From the sequence record SRR22947725_6258: 39,607 bases of DNA. One strand, given 5' to 3'. Under the pieces are notes generated by a model. It made no database searches and was not told where the DNA came from. It was given only the letters and a program-made list of their open reading frames with translations. This document shows positions 29,848 to 39,607 of the stretch, piece after piece (positions within the stretch are counted from its first letter, which is position 1; each line of letters begins with the position of its first letter). The translations under genes and the position numbers were made by a program.

Positions 29848-32627
29848 TATGCCTCTTCCGTGATGGTGACACTCTTGGGAAGACCCGTCTTAGACGCTGT
29901 TTTCTTCGCTGGGGCTTTCTTCGCCGCGGGCTTTTTGGCAGCCGACTTTTTCTTCGCCGCGGGCTTCTTCTTGGCAGCGGGCTTGCGCTTAACAGCTGGG
30001 CCTTTTGCCCTGCGATCAGCAATCAGCTGGACGGCTTGCTCGAAGGTGAGATCATCCAGTGACATCCCCCGGGGAACAGTCGCATTGATTTCGCTATCGG
30101 TCACATAGGGGCCAAAACGGCCATCTTTGAGCAAAATGGGCTTCCCACTGACGGGATCTTCCTCAAACGTCTTCAGCGCGGAGGCTGTGCGGCGTCCAGC
30201 ATATTTGGGTTCGGCAAACCTGGCCACGGCCCCTTCGACATCGATCTCGAAGATTTTCTCTTCGCTGTCGATCGAGCGGGTGTCCGTTCCCTTTTTCAAG
30301 TAGGGACCATAGCGACCATTTTGGGCGGTAATCATCTCGCCTGACTCGGGGTCTGGGCCGACCTCACGAGGCAGGGCCAGGAGACGCAGGGCGGTTTCTA
30401 AGTCAATGGTGTCGATATCCATCGACTGAAAAATCGAGGCGGTTTTCGGTTTGGGTGCGGCCTTCTTCTTTTTAGGAGTCTCGCCTTCCACCACTTCTGG
30501 TTCGGGGAAAACCTCGGTCACATAGGGGCCAAAGCGTCCCTTCTTTGCGACAATATCGAGGCCTGAGTCAGGGTCTTGACCCAGCACCCGATCCACCACG
30601 GGCGGCTCATCGGCAAGCGCCTGAGCCCGCTCTGGCGTGAGCTCATCCGGTGCCAACTCCGGGGGCAAGTTCACATTGCGCACCTCACCGGTTTCCGTGT
30701 CGGTGACTTCCAGGAAGGGTCCATATTTGCCGACTCGAAGATTGATGGTGGGGGAAATCTCCAATGTGTTCAGTGCGCGCGCATCGATTTCGTCGGTAGC
30801 GGCGATGGCAACATCTCGAAGCCCCCGCTTTTCCCCTTCTCCGAAGTAAAACTTGTGAAGCCACTCGCCACGTTTGACTTCTCCGCGGGCGATGCGGTCC
30901 AAGTCTTCCTCGAGCTGGGCGGTGAAGTCATAATCGACCAGGTCCGCAAATCTCTCTTGAAGCAATCGGGTCACGGGAAAAGCGATCCACTGCGGAACCA
31001 GGGCGGTTCCCCTTCGCACCACGTATCCGCGGTCGATGATGACCGAAATGATGGAGGCATAGGTCGAAGGTCGACCAATGCCTCTTTCTTCGAGTGCTTT
31101 CACCAGGCTGGCCTCGGTGTATCGGGCAGGCGGCTGGGTAACGTGTGCTTTGGCCGTCACCTCTGACACATCGGCGGAGTCCCCTACCGTCATCGGGGGT
31201 AGGAGGGGATCCTTCTCGCTCACCGGCTGGTCTTCCGAAACCTCTTCGTCTTTGCCTTCTTGGTACGCCTGGAGGAACCCGCGCTCGCTCAGTACCGTGC
31301 CCGAAGCGCTAAAGTCTGCGGCGCTGAAGCTGAGGCCTTCTAGGGGCGGCAAAGGGTTAGCTTCCAGCGTTGCGGTGACGGTTTCGCCCTTCGCGTCGAC
31401 CATTTGGCTGGCGACCGTGCGCTTCCAAATCAGGTCATATAACTTCAACTCGTCAGAGCGAAGAACCGAGGACAGTTGTGACGGGGTGGGGAACGCTTCA
31501 CCCGCGGGACGCACAGCTTCGTGGGCTTCCTGAGCGTTCTTGGACTTGCCTTTGTAGAGCCTGGGCTCTGCCGGGACGGCACCCTGGCCATATAGCGCCG
31601 TTGCCGCGTTGCGTGCAGCCGTAACGGCCTGGCCAGAAAGCGACACCGAGTCGGTACGCATATAGGTGATGTGTCCGTTTTCGTAAAGACCCTGGGCGAT
31701 GCTCATCGTCTGCTGAGCAGAGAAACGCAATTTGCGACCCGCTTCCTGCTGGAGCGTTGAGGTCGTAAAGGGTGCTGCAGGACGCCTCGTGTAGGGCTTG
31801 GCTTCCACCTTGCTCACCTTCAGGCCCGCGTCTGACTTGTTGAGCGCGGCCGCCAACACGTGGGCGTCTGCTTCGCTGAGCAGGACGGCATCGGAGGTGA
31901 GTTCGCCCGATTCGGAAAAGTCTCGACCACTGGCAACCCGGGCGGCATCGAGTTTTGTCAACGAAACGGTAAAGGTCTCCCCTTTCGCCGTGGTGGCTTG
32001 GGCGTGGATATCGGCATAGGTTCCCGACACAAAGGCCCGGCGCTCCAATTCGCGATCCACGATGAGTTTCAAGGCTGGCGATTGCACGCGACCAGCGGAC
32101 TTTGCCCCGCTGACCCGGCGCCAGAGCACGGGGGACACTTCGAACCCATACAAACGGTCAAGAATCCGACGGGTTTCTTGCGCGTCCACCAAAGCCACAT
32201 CCAGGTCCCTGGTTTGTTCGGTGGCCGCAGCAATACTCTCTGGCGTAATTTCGTGGAACACCATGCGGGTGACGGGAACCTTGGGCTTTAATACCTCTAG
32301 CAAATGCCACGCGATGGCCTCGCCTTCGCGGTCCTCATCTGTTGCGAGCACGATTTCTGAGGCTGTTTTGGCAGCACGCTTCAGATCGGCGACAGTTTTC
32401 TTTCCGCGGTCGGTGGTGACATAAATGGGTTCGAAATCGTTTTCGATATCAATACCGAACTTACCTGCAGGCCCCTTCTTCATCGCGGGGGACAGATCCC
32501 TGGGGTGGGCAAGATCGCGGACGTGTCCGACGGAGGCCATTACCTCGTAGTCATCGCCCAAGTACTTGCCGATGGTCTTAGCCTTAGCCGGCGACTCGAC
32601 GATGACAAGCTTCTTACTGGTGGCCAC
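29847..32627 (-). CDS. topA: DNA topoisomerase I (type IA), actinobacterial C-terminal repeats and Lys-rich tail
   Basis: LVIVESPAKAKTI, ATDEDREGEAI, SAGRVQS, ITYMRTDS, GIGRPSTYA, four G[KR][FY]GP repeats. Confidence 0.98.
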   Translation of the reverse strand: MATSKKLVIVESPAKAKTIGKYLGDDYEVMASVGHVRDLAHPRDLSPAMKKGPAGKFGIDIENDFEPIYVTTDRGKKTVADLKRAAKTASEIVLATDEDREGEAIAWHLLEVLKPKVPVTRMVFHEITPESIAAATEQTRDLDVALVDAQETRRILDRLYGFEVSPVLWRRVSGAKSAGRVQSPALKLIVDRELERRAFVSGTYADIHAQATTAKGETFTVSLTKLDAARVASGRDFSESGELTSDAVLLSEADAHVLAAALNKSDAGLKVSKVEAKPYTRRPAAPFTTSTLQQEAGRKLRFSAQQTMSIAQGLYENGHITYMRTDSVSLSGQAVTAARNAATALYGQGAVPAEPRLYKGKSKNAQEAHEAVRPAGEAFPTPSQLSSVLRSDELKLYDLIWKRTVASQMVDAKGETVTATLEANPLPPLEGLSFSAADFSASGTVLSERGFLQAYQEGKDEEVSEDQPVSEKDPLLPPMTVGDSADVSEVTAKAHVTQPPARYTEASLVKALEERGIGRPSTYASIISVIIDRGYVVRRGTALVPQWIAFPVTRLLQERFADLVDYDFTAQLEEDLDRIARGEVKRGEWLHKFYFGEGEKRGLRDVAIAATDEIDARALNTLEISPTINLRVGKYGPFLEVTDTETGEVRNVNLPPELAPDELTPERAQALADEPPVVDRVLGQDPDSGLDIVAKKGRFGPYVTEVFPEPEVVEGETPKKKKAAPKPKTASIFQSMDIDTIDLETALRLLALPREVGPDPESGEMITAQNGRYGPYLKKGTDTRSIDSEEKIFEIDVEGAVARFAEPKYAGRRTASALKTFEEDPVSGKPILLKDGRFGPYVTDSEINATVPRGMSLDDLTFEQAVQLIADRRAKGPAVKRKPAAKKKPAAKKKSAAKKPAAKKAPAKKTASKTGLPKSVTITEEA

Positions 32628-32720
32628 ACTTCTCCCTGCGTTGAACCAAACGGCACGTTGCGCGCTGGCATAGTCATTCTGAGAATCACACTCTCAACGC
32701 CGCTCACGATACACAACAAA

Positions 32721-33065
32721 CTATTTCTGTCCACTCTGACCCACCCCAGCCCGCGCTCTCCTGGTCCATTCCACCCCGACATGGTTGCCCTGCCCAACAA
32801 CCCGGATGGAGTCTTCCTCCAGGGTGCAACCAACGAGCGCGAACCCTTCGGACTCCAAGAGATCCTGAGCGTGCTGGCAGGGGATTCCTGGGACCACTCC
32901 CCGTGCCACATCCGCTCCCGCAAGCGCTGATCGATCCACACTGCCCTGCAACCGGGCGTCCGTCACGATGGCGCTTGCGCCCACCATGACCGCTACTGAC
33001 GTCGTAACCAGGATGCAGAGGAAGCCCAGAACCCACACACTCGCACTGCCTCGATCAGAATTCAC
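32721..33065 (-). CDS. TadE/TadG-like pseudopilin (Rv3654c family)
   Basis: DRGSASV + TM, DRSALAGAD, two Cys, C-terminal ARAG. Confidence 0.8.
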   Translation of the reverse strand: MNSDRGSASVWVLGFLCILVTTSVAVMVGASAIVTDARLQGSVDRSALAGADVARGVVPGIPCQHAQDLLESEGFALVGCTLEEDSIRVVGQGNHVGVEWTRRARAGVGQSGQK

Positions 33066-33356
33066 GACCCACCGCGGGGTTCAAAGCGCACGCCTCGGCC
33101 GAGAGGGTGAGGGGTCGAAGTTTCCATAGCCCTTCCTCGAGCGTCCGAGTCTCGGTGACACACAACCATTCACCTTCCTCCCGAGCGGCAACTTCCCCTT
33201 CCAGGGAGGCCACGCGAGCATTCGCGTGGCCTCCTGCTGCAGGCGGTAGTGGACCATGCTGGCTTGGATCCCCAGGATCAGGGCGGAAAAAACAAGGACG
33301 ACCGCCGGTAAAACCATCATGGTTTCTGCCGTGATCGACCCTCTCTCAGCCTGCAA
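33055..33356 (-). pseudogene. TadE-like pseudopilin (Rv3655c-like) split by a 1-nt frameshift
   Basis: 5' frame ERGSITAETMMVLPAVVLV...RLQQEA; the other frame continues ANARVASLEGE...WLCVT...LTLSAEACAL..* and overlaps the next gene start. Span 302 nt = 3n-1. Confidence 0.75.
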
Positions 33357-33528
33357 AGGTGAGCGCACTGCGCACCAAATCCAGCAGGATTGTCCGCACT
33401 TCGTCGCTGCGCATTATCACCACAAGCAAGCCGGCAAATCCGACGGCGGCCATAGTGGCGATGGCATATTCCGCTGTCGCAGCACCCTCTTCTCCGGTTT
33501 CGTGCGAAAACTGGCCCGTGTTGTTCAT
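33346..33528 (-). CDS. Flp pilin-like protein (DUF4244)
   Basis: EEG|AATAEYAIATMAAVGFAGLL; GAAAGGA SD. Confidence 0.92.
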   Translation of the reverse strand: MNNTGQFSHETGEEGAATAEYAIATMAAVGFAGLLVVIMRSDEVRTILLDLVRSALTFAG

Positions 33529-33648
33529 ATGGTGTCCTTTCTCCCGATGGCCTCGTGGCCACGGGCACACCTTGGCAGGAAAAATGTTTGTACCCTCCCC
33601 GAACCCCACAACCGGCCACCAGGACCCCAACGATGGGGATGTGGACAG

Positions 33649-34575
33649 CTAGGTTGCTGTGGCCTGGGTCCAGAGCGCTAGCGCCATGGGAACGATCGCC
33701 ACCAACACAAATGCGGGCAACACGAGAACACCGAGGGGAATCACCATCGTCACCCCCAGGCGATTGACCGAAGCAAGAGCCTCACTGCGCCACCGGTGTC
33801 GGATCATTCGGGCGCGAGCTCGAGCCAAGCCGCTCACCGGAACCCCCACCCGCCGAGACAGGGCTGTCAGCGCTTCGCCTTCCGACCCGGTCGAACCCTT
33901 CAGGTCATATTTTTCCAGCGCCTCCTCTACGAGCGACCATGCCTGCTCGGGGAGCGCTCCCCCGGCGGTGGCAATAGAAAATAATTCCAACGCCAACTCT
34001 TCAGGATTCCGATCGGGTAGGGCATCGCGTTGCAGAATGCGCATCCACCACCAGGCGGCTCCCATGAGCACTATGGCGAGACCCAGGGCCATTAGGCCCA
34101 GCGGTGTCGCGAAAAGAATTCCCACGGTGTCGGCACCCGTCACAGCACCACCCCCCAGTGCGAGCAGCGGCAGTACCATCACCAGGCGCATCGTTGCCAC
34201 GGGACCTGCCAGGGTCGCAGCGATTTCTCGGCGAGTGTGGTCACGATCCATCATCGAGGTGGAAAGCGCCTCGAGGCTTGGGGCAAGAGGTGATCCGGAA
34301 TCTCTCGCGACGCCCCATGTGGCACCGAGCATGCGCCACTCGGGAGCAGCGTGAAGGGTGGCCCTCTCGATAGCGTCGGCAAGAGTGCCCGAATGCTGGA
34401 GTGCCTCCTGGATCGCCCTCAGCGGGCTCTCGGAGTCCAGGTTTCCCGGAATCTCTTGCCACGCAGAAGTGGCGGAAAGTCCCGCTTGCACAAAAGCCGC
34501 CAGATACTCCAGCGTCTCTGAGGGAATGTCCTCTCTAAGAGCGGCGTGTTTGGGCCATTTCTTCCACCACCACAC
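33649..34575 (-). CDS. Fused TadB/TadC-like (T2SS F family) pilus assembly membrane protein
   Basis: Two T2SSF-like halves (SGSPLA...LPLL; VGVPV...IPLGVLVLPAF). AAAGGAG SD before GTG 34575. Confidence 0.8.
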   Translation of the reverse strand: MWWWKKWPKHAALREDIPSETLEYLAAFVQAGLSATSAWQEIPGNLDSESPLRAIQEALQHSGTLADAIERATLHAAPEWRMLGATWGVARDSGSPLAPSLEALSTSMMDRDHTRREIAATLAGPVATMRLVMVLPLLALGGGAVTGADTVGILFATPLGLMALGLAIVLMGAAWWWMRILQRDALPDRNPEELALELFSIATAGGALPEQAWSLVEEALEKYDLKGSTGSEGEALTALSRRVGVPVSGLARARARMIRHRWRSEALASVNRLGVTMVIPLGVLVLPAFVLVAIVPMALALWTQATAT

Positions 34576-35530
34576 GAAGCACTCCTTTCTTATCCAGCAC
34601 GGGTTTCCCCACACTGATCGCGCGGCTGCCATCATCCGTGCGAGACAGGTGAAGAAACAGATCTATCGCTGACGCGGTGTGCAGGGCGACCTGTCTCGAA
34701 CCAAGCCCTGCGAGAGCGGCCAAAGAATCGAGCCTCAGGGGAATGTCCTCCAGCGACGTCGCATGAAGCGTTGTGGCACCGCCTCGATGCCCCGTGTGGA
34801 AAGCGCGCAACAGGTCCGCCAGTTCGGCCCCGCGACACTCCCCCACAATCAAGCGGTCCGGGCGCATCCGAAGCGCTTCTTTGACCAGCCTCGAAAGGGT
34901 CACTTCCCCCGCACCTTCCACATTGGCCTGTCGACACTCCAGGCCCACCACATGGGGATGATCAATGGACAGCTCTGCCAAATCCTCCAACACCACCAGC
35001 CTTTCGGTGGGGGCGGCGTGTGCCATCGCTGCGCCCAGCAGAGTGGTTTTGCCTGAGCCAGTTGCCCCACTAATCAACAATGTCTTTTTGTTCCTCACAG
35101 CGCGGATCAGAAAGGGGATAACGTGCTCGGCATCTTTCATAGCCAACTGATCCAGCTGGGGTTTCTGGTGACGGTGAATGCGCAACGAAATTTCTGGCCC
35201 CAACCGGGCAATCGGGGGTAACACCACGTGAACGCGAACGCCGCCGCCAAGATTCACATCGACCAGGGGATTCGCTTCATCAACGTGTCGTCCACCCCGT
35301 TCAATCAGACCCCGGGCAATATCTCTCGCGTGATCGGGGGCGAGGTGGACACCGTTGACACGGTAGGCCCCTTCGCCAGTGTCAACGAAAACGCGTCCGT
35401 CGCTCGTGAGGAAGACGTCACTAACTCGAGGATCATCCGCCACCTCTCCCAGAGGACCCAACGCGTCACGAAGGCCAGGGGTGATGCCCGTGCGAAGGGG
35501 TGGCAACAACCAGTGGGAGTCAGGCGACAT
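34535..35530 (-). CDS. tadA: TadA/CpaF pilus assembly ATPase
   Basis: ISGATGSGKTTLL, LEDLAEL, ALRMRPDRLIVGECRG, TGHRG..TLHA. Confidence 0.92.
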   Translation of the reverse strand: MSPDSHWLLPPLRTGITPGLRDALGPLGEVADDPRVSDVFLTSDGRVFVDTGEGAYRVNGVHLAPDHARDIARGLIERGGRHVDEANPLVDVNLGGGVRVHVVLPPIARLGPEISLRIHRHQKPQLDQLAMKDAEHVIPFLIRAVRNKKTLLISGATGSGKTTLLGAAMAHAAPTERLVVLEDLAELSIDHPHVVGLECRQANVEGAGEVTLSRLVKEALRMRPDRLIVGECRGAELADLLRAFHTGHRGGATTLHATSLEDIPLRLDSLAALAGLGSRQVALHTASAIDLFLHLSRTDDGSRAISVGKPVLDKKGVLRVVVEEMAQTRRS

Positions 35531-35689
35531 GGCCCCCAGGCTTACAGAGCCAGTCACGTCCGCGCAGAAGTTATCACCAGCCTGCACAGATGAGCGTTCG
35601 GCGCGCTCTGGCCCCTGTTCTACACTGGTTCGGTGTCGCCGATGACACGCCAGCCCAGGAACTGTGGGCCGATACCAACAAGGATGATG

Positions 35690-37648
35690 ATGTCTGAGTC
35701 CACCAATATTGATTCCCTTCTCCACGAAGAGCGCCAGTTTCCTCCCAGTGCTGACTTCGTCACCAACGCCGTGGGAAAGCCCGACCTCTACACGAGGGCA
35801 TCGAAAGACCGCCTGGGGTTCTGGGCTGACCAAGCGCGCGAGCTGCTCCACTGGCATACCCCGTTTACTCAAACACTCGACTGGTCAGGGGCCCCCGTTG
35901 CCCGCTGGTTTGGCGATGGTGCCCTGAATGTTTCGTATAACTGTCTCGACCGCCACGTCGAAGCAGGATTGGGTGACCGTGTTGCCCTGCACTTTGAAGG
36001 TGAGCCTGGCGACCAAAAAAGCATTACCTATGCCGAGCTGACCGAAGCAGTAAAAAAGGCCGCAAATGTGATGGCCTCCCGTGGTCTTCGCCAAGGCGAC
36101 CGGGTCATTATTTACATGCCCCTGATTCCCGAAGCGGTCATCGCGATGCTCGCAGTCGCGAGACTTGGCGCTATTCACTCGGTTGTTTTTGGCGGCTTTA
36201 GTTCAGAAAGCTTGCGGGCGCGCATCGATGACGCCCAGGCGACCATGGTGGTGACCGCCGATGGCGGACACCGCAAGGGCGCTGTCTTCCCCCTGAAAGA
36301 TGCTGTTGACCACGCCATCGCTGATGGTGCCAGCAGTGTCGAGAATGTTTTCGTGGTCAAGCGCGGCGGAAACGACGTCGAGTGGGTGGCGGGACGCGAC
36401 CTGTGGTGGCACGAAGAAATGGCGGGGGTATCGGCCGAGCACACCGCTGAAGCGTTTGAATCAGAAAATCCCCTATTTATCCTCTACACCTCAGGAACAA
36501 CCGGGAAACCTAAAGGGATTTTGCACACCTCCGGTGGATATCTCACCCAGGCGGCGTTCACGCACAAGAACGTTTTTGATCTGCATCCAGAGACCGACGT
36601 GTATTGGTGCACGGCCGATATTGGCTGGATTACCGGGCACTCATATGTGGTTTATGGACCGCTGGCCAATGGGGCAACGCAGGTGATTTATGAAGGCACC
36701 CCGGATACCCCGCATCCTGGTCGCTGGTGGGAGATTATCGAAAAGTACCGAGTCAGTATTTTTTACACCGCCCCCACCGCCATTCGCACGTTCATGAAAT
36801 TGGGGCGGGAAATCCCGCAGAAGTTTGACCTCAGCTCGCTTCGACTGCTGGGTTCGGTGGGAGAACCCATTAACCCCGAAGCGTGGATCTGGTATCGGGA
36901 GGTCATCGGCTCTGGGATCACCCCCATTGTTGACACCTGGTGGCAGACCGAAACAGGCGCCATCATGATCAGTGCTCTTCCCGGTGTGACGGCGACGAAG
37001 CCTGGGAGCGCGCAAGTGCCCCTTCCGGGCATCAGCATCGATGTGGTCGATGACGCGGGTGTTCATGTCGGCCCCGAGGCGGGTGGGCTTCTGGTCGTTA
37101 CGGAACCCTGGCCATCGATGCTGCGCGGAATTTGGGGCGATGAAGAGCGGTTCAAGGAGACATACTGGTCAACGTTTCCCAACACCTATTTCGCCGGCGA
37201 TGGCGCCCACCTCGATGCTGATAACGATGTGTGGCTGCTCGGTCGGGTAGATGACGTGATGAATGTCTCGGGCCACCGACTCTCCACCATGGAAATCGAG
37301 TCAGCTTTGGTCGCCCACCCCATGAGCGCGGAAGCTGCAGTTGTGGGAGCAAGCGATGACACCACGGGGCAAGCGATCGTAGCTTTTGTGATTCTCAAAT
37401 CCCGCTTTGTCGGGACAGAAACAGATGCCGAGCTAGAAGGTCAGCTCCGCACCTGGGTGGGGGAACAAATTGGAGCCATCGCCAAGCCACGCAAAGTGTT
37501 TATTGTCGCTGAGCTGCCCAAAACCCGCTCCGGCAAGATCATGCGCAGGCTCCTGCGGGATATTGCCGAGGGTCGCGAGGTGGGGGACACCACGACCCTG
37601 ACCGACACCACGGTGATCCGGACGATTAATACGTCCGTGAATGACTAG
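35690..37648 (+). CDS. acs: Acetate--CoA ligase
   Basis: YTSGTTGKPKG, DTWWQTETG, GRVDDV, LPKTRSGKIMRR; start is one of three tandem ATGs (35684-35690). Confidence 0.98.
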   Translation: MSESTNIDSLLHEERQFPPSADFVTNAVGKPDLYTRASKDRLGFWADQARELLHWHTPFTQTLDWSGAPVARWFGDGALNVSYNCLDRHVEAGLGDRVALHFEGEPGDQKSITYAELTEAVKKAANVMASRGLRQGDRVIIYMPLIPEAVIAMLAVARLGAIHSVVFGGFSSESLRARIDDAQATMVVTADGGHRKGAVFPLKDAVDHAIADGASSVENVFVVKRGGNDVEWVAGRDLWWHEEMAGVSAEHTAEAFESENPLFILYTSGTTGKPKGILHTSGGYLTQAAFTHKNVFDLHPETDVYWCTADIGWITGHSYVVYGPLANGATQVIYEGTPDTPHPGRWWEIIEKYRVSIFYTAPTAIRTFMKLGREIPQKFDLSSLRLLGSVGEPINPEAWIWYREVIGSGITPIVDTWWQTETGAIMISALPGVTATKPGSAQVPLPGISIDVVDDAGVHVGPEAGGLLVVTEPWPSMLRGIWGDEERFKETYWSTFPNTYFAGDGAHLDADNDVWLLGRVDDVMNVSGHRLSTMEIESALVAHPMSAEAAVVGASDDTTGQAIVAFVILKSRFVGTETDAELEGQLRTWVGEQIGAIAKPRKVFIVAELPKTRSGKIMRRLLRDIAEGREVGDTTTLTDTTVIRTINTSVND

Positions 37649-38109
37649 TCGCCAAACTCTAAAATAAGTTCGACCTCTACCGGGGCGTCCAGCGGCAAGA
37701 CCGCCACCCCTACGGCAGCCCTGGCGTGGGCTCCGATGTCACCAAAAACTTCACCGAGGAACTCGGAGGCGCCGTTGAGCACCTGGGGCTGAGCGATGAA
37801 ATCGGGTGTGGAAGCCACAAAACCATTCACCTTCACCACTCGGGTCACTCGGTCCAACGAGCCCAACACTCCTTTGGCTGCCGCCAAAGCATTGAGGGTG
37901 CAAATTCGGGCAAGCTCTGCAGCCTCCGTGGCAGAGACGTCGCTGCCGACTTTGCCGGTGGCGACCAGTTGCCCGTCAACGAAAGGCAGCTGTCCCGCGG
38001 TGTAGAGAAGGTTGCCCGTCGTCATCGCGGGGACGTAGGAAGCAACCGGCTTGGCAACGGCAGGAAGGGTAATACCCAATTCACTCAGTCGTGCATCAAT
38101 GTGACCCAT
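37645..38109 (-). CDS. RidA/YjgF family protein
   Basis: YTAGQLP, NGASE, HARAAVGVAVLPLDAPVEVE. Confidence 0.93.
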   Translation of the reverse strand: MGHIDARLSELGITLPAVAKPVASYVPAMTTGNLLYTAGQLPFVDGQLVATGKVGSDVSATEAAELARICTLNALAAAKGVLGSLDRVTRVVKVNGFVASTPDFIAQPQVLNGASEFLGEVFGDIGAHARAAVGVAVLPLDAPVEVELILEFGD

Positions 38110-38268
38110 TTAGGACTCCTCTAGGGGGCGTTTGAAATACGCCACGAGGCCGCCCTCGGGGCCGGTGACAACCTGAACTAACTCCCACCCTTGCTCGCCC
38201 CAGTTGTTGAGGATCGCAGCGGTGTTGTGAATAATGAGCGGGGTCGTGAAGTATTCCCACTTGGTCAT
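38110..38268 (-). CDS. DUF4177 domain small protein
   Basis: MTKWEY...LNNWGEQGWELV...YFKRP; GAGG SD. Confidence 0.88.
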   Translation of the reverse strand: MTKWEYFTTPLIIHNTAAILNNWGEQGWELVQVVTGPEGGLVAYFKRPLEES

Positions 38269-38321
38269 ATCTGTGCCTCGTTTCATCGAAATCCTAGGGC
38301 TCATCCTCTACCCTTGAAACT

Positions 38322-39607
38322 ATGTCTTCATCTGACCTACGCCCCAAAGGGCTCTTCCAGGCACTGGCCACGATAACCGGTTTTGGTGCTCTCGCGGGAG
38401 TGATGGTGACGGCCATGATTTCGCCGGCGCTAGCGGTTACCAGCGTCGGGGCAAACAGCGCCATTGGTGTCTTTGATGCCCTCCCTGAGTTTATTGAGCT
38501 CGGCGAGCAAGCACAAAAGAACACCCTGTGGGCCACCAGATCCTCTGACCCTGCCGATGGGTATGTGGCCTTCGCCGAGGTGTATTGGCAAGACCGGGAA
38601 GAAATCCGCCTGAGTCAAATGTCCCCTTACCTGGCCATGGCAGCCATCGCCGGGGAGGACCGTCGCTTTTATGACCACACCGGGGTCGATGTGAACTCAG
38701 TGGTCCGAGCAGCGCTCGGCAACGTGTTCTCCGGTGGAATCGAAAGTGGTGCTTCCACGCTGACGATGCAGCTAGTGAAAAACACCTACATCCAGCGGTC
38801 CCAATATTTGCCTACCGAGGAGGAACGCCAGGAAGCGTATGCCACGGCGATTGCCACAAGCTTTGAAAGAAAACTCAACGAGATGAAGCTTGCTATCGGT
38901 CTGGAAAAGCAATTTACCAAGGATGAAATACTCGAGGCCTATCTCAACATCACGGGCTTTGGCGGCAACACCTATGGCGTTCAGGCCGCCGCGCAGGAAT
39001 ACTTCGGTAAAACTGCGAAACAGCTTTCCGCTGCGGAATCTGCCAGCCTGATGGCGATCGTGCAATTTCCCACCACCAGAAGCTTGGGAGACCCTGCAAA
39101 CTACGCCGCCAATGAGGAACGCCGCGACATCATCCTCGCTGCCATGTTTGCGGAGGAATACCTCACCGAAGCGGAGTACACCACCGCCATCAACACTCCC
39201 GTGGATGACTCCTTCGTCACCATCTCCCCTCCCACTGCTGGTTGTCTAGCGGCAGACACCTACGCCCGCTTTTTCTGTGACTTCGTCGTTAAAAACGTGG
39301 AGAACTTCGACACGCTTGGGGCCACGCCGGAAGAGCGCAACACCCGGTGGCGCAAGGGGGGACTCGATGTGTACACCACCCTGAACATGTCCCTGCAAAC
39401 CACCGCCCAGGACCGCATCTGGGAATTGGTCCCGAATGACGAAGAGCGTCTGCAACTGGGGAGCGCCAGCACCAGCGTCGAGGTCGGCACGGGTCGCGTG
39501 TTGACCATGGCCCAAAACAAGATTTTTGACGACTCAGAAGAGGGTGGTGGAATTTCTACCACCGCCGTGAACTTCAACACCGACCGCGCATACGGGGGAT
39601 CCAGTGG
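38322..39607 (+). CDS. Class A penicillin-binding protein (transglycosylase/transpeptidase, PonA-type), runs off window
   Basis: Not in ORF track (no stop in window). N-terminal TM; GT51 motifs EDRRFYDHTGVD, GASTLTMQLVKN, RKLNE, KDEILEAYLN; TACCCT-N7-ATG. Confidence 0.95.
   Translation, partial: MSSSDLRPKGLFQALATITGFGALAGVMVTAMISPALAVTSVGANSAIGVFDALPEFIELGEQAQKNTLWATRSSDPADGYVAFAEVYWQDREEIRLSQMSPYLAMAAIAGEDRRFYDHTGVDVNSVVRAALGNVFSGGIESGASTLTMQLVKNTYIQRSQYLPTEEERQEAYATAIATSFERKLNEMKLAIGLEKQFTKDEILEAYLNITGFGGNTYGVQAAAQEYFGKTAKQLSAAESASLMAIVQFPTTRSLGDPANYAANEERRDIILAAMFAEEYLTEAEYTTAINTPVDDSFVTISPPTAGCLAADTYARFFCDFVVKNVENFDTLGATPEERNTRWRKGGLDVYTTLNMSLQTTAQDRIWELVPNDEERLQLGSASTSVEVGTGRVLTMAQNKIFDDSEEGGGISTTAVNFNTDRAYGGSS

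Noticed and set aside
29880-29990. Repeated TTCTTCGCCGCGGGC units
   Set aside because: Encode the well-known KKPAAKK tail of actinobacterial TopA.
35531-35683. Ms1 RNA expected near the tad/acs locus
   Set aside because: Interval is about 150 nt and must hold two promoters; too short for a ~300-nt RNA.

Overview
High-GC actinobacterial chromosome segment. Gene content and order suggest a compact Microbacteriaceae genome (inference; no taxonomic marker was searched). It is mostly housekeeping: rimJ-like GNAT, galU, 5-FTHF cyclo-ligase, FmdB, a 1240-aa degenerate SF1 helicase-like protein, tRNA-Arg(CCT), GT1 glycosyltransferase, HNH nuclease, serC, DUF3027/cold-shock pair, XPB plus WYL-like partner, an OmpR-family two-component system, WXG100, groEL with two CIRCE boxes, hmuT/htaA heme proteins, msrB, DivIVA-like protein, tRNA-Thr(CGT), holB-tmk-topA, a minimal Tad/Flp pilus locus, acs, RidA and a class A PBP. 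No CRISPR, integrase or IS element was seen. Points not evident from the ORF track: (1) a promoter-to-terminator structured leader with a uORF coupled to the HNH gene; (2) a 32-aa zinc-ribbon microprotein with a strong RBS; (3) an orphan 3' fragment of katG; (4) a tadE frameshift inside a perfect 13-bp palindrome; (5) an eroded gene remnant near tRNA-Arg; (6) 11-bp-phased repeats before the response regulator; (7) pervasive leaderless-type promoters. All family assignments come from motif recognition by eye, not database searches.
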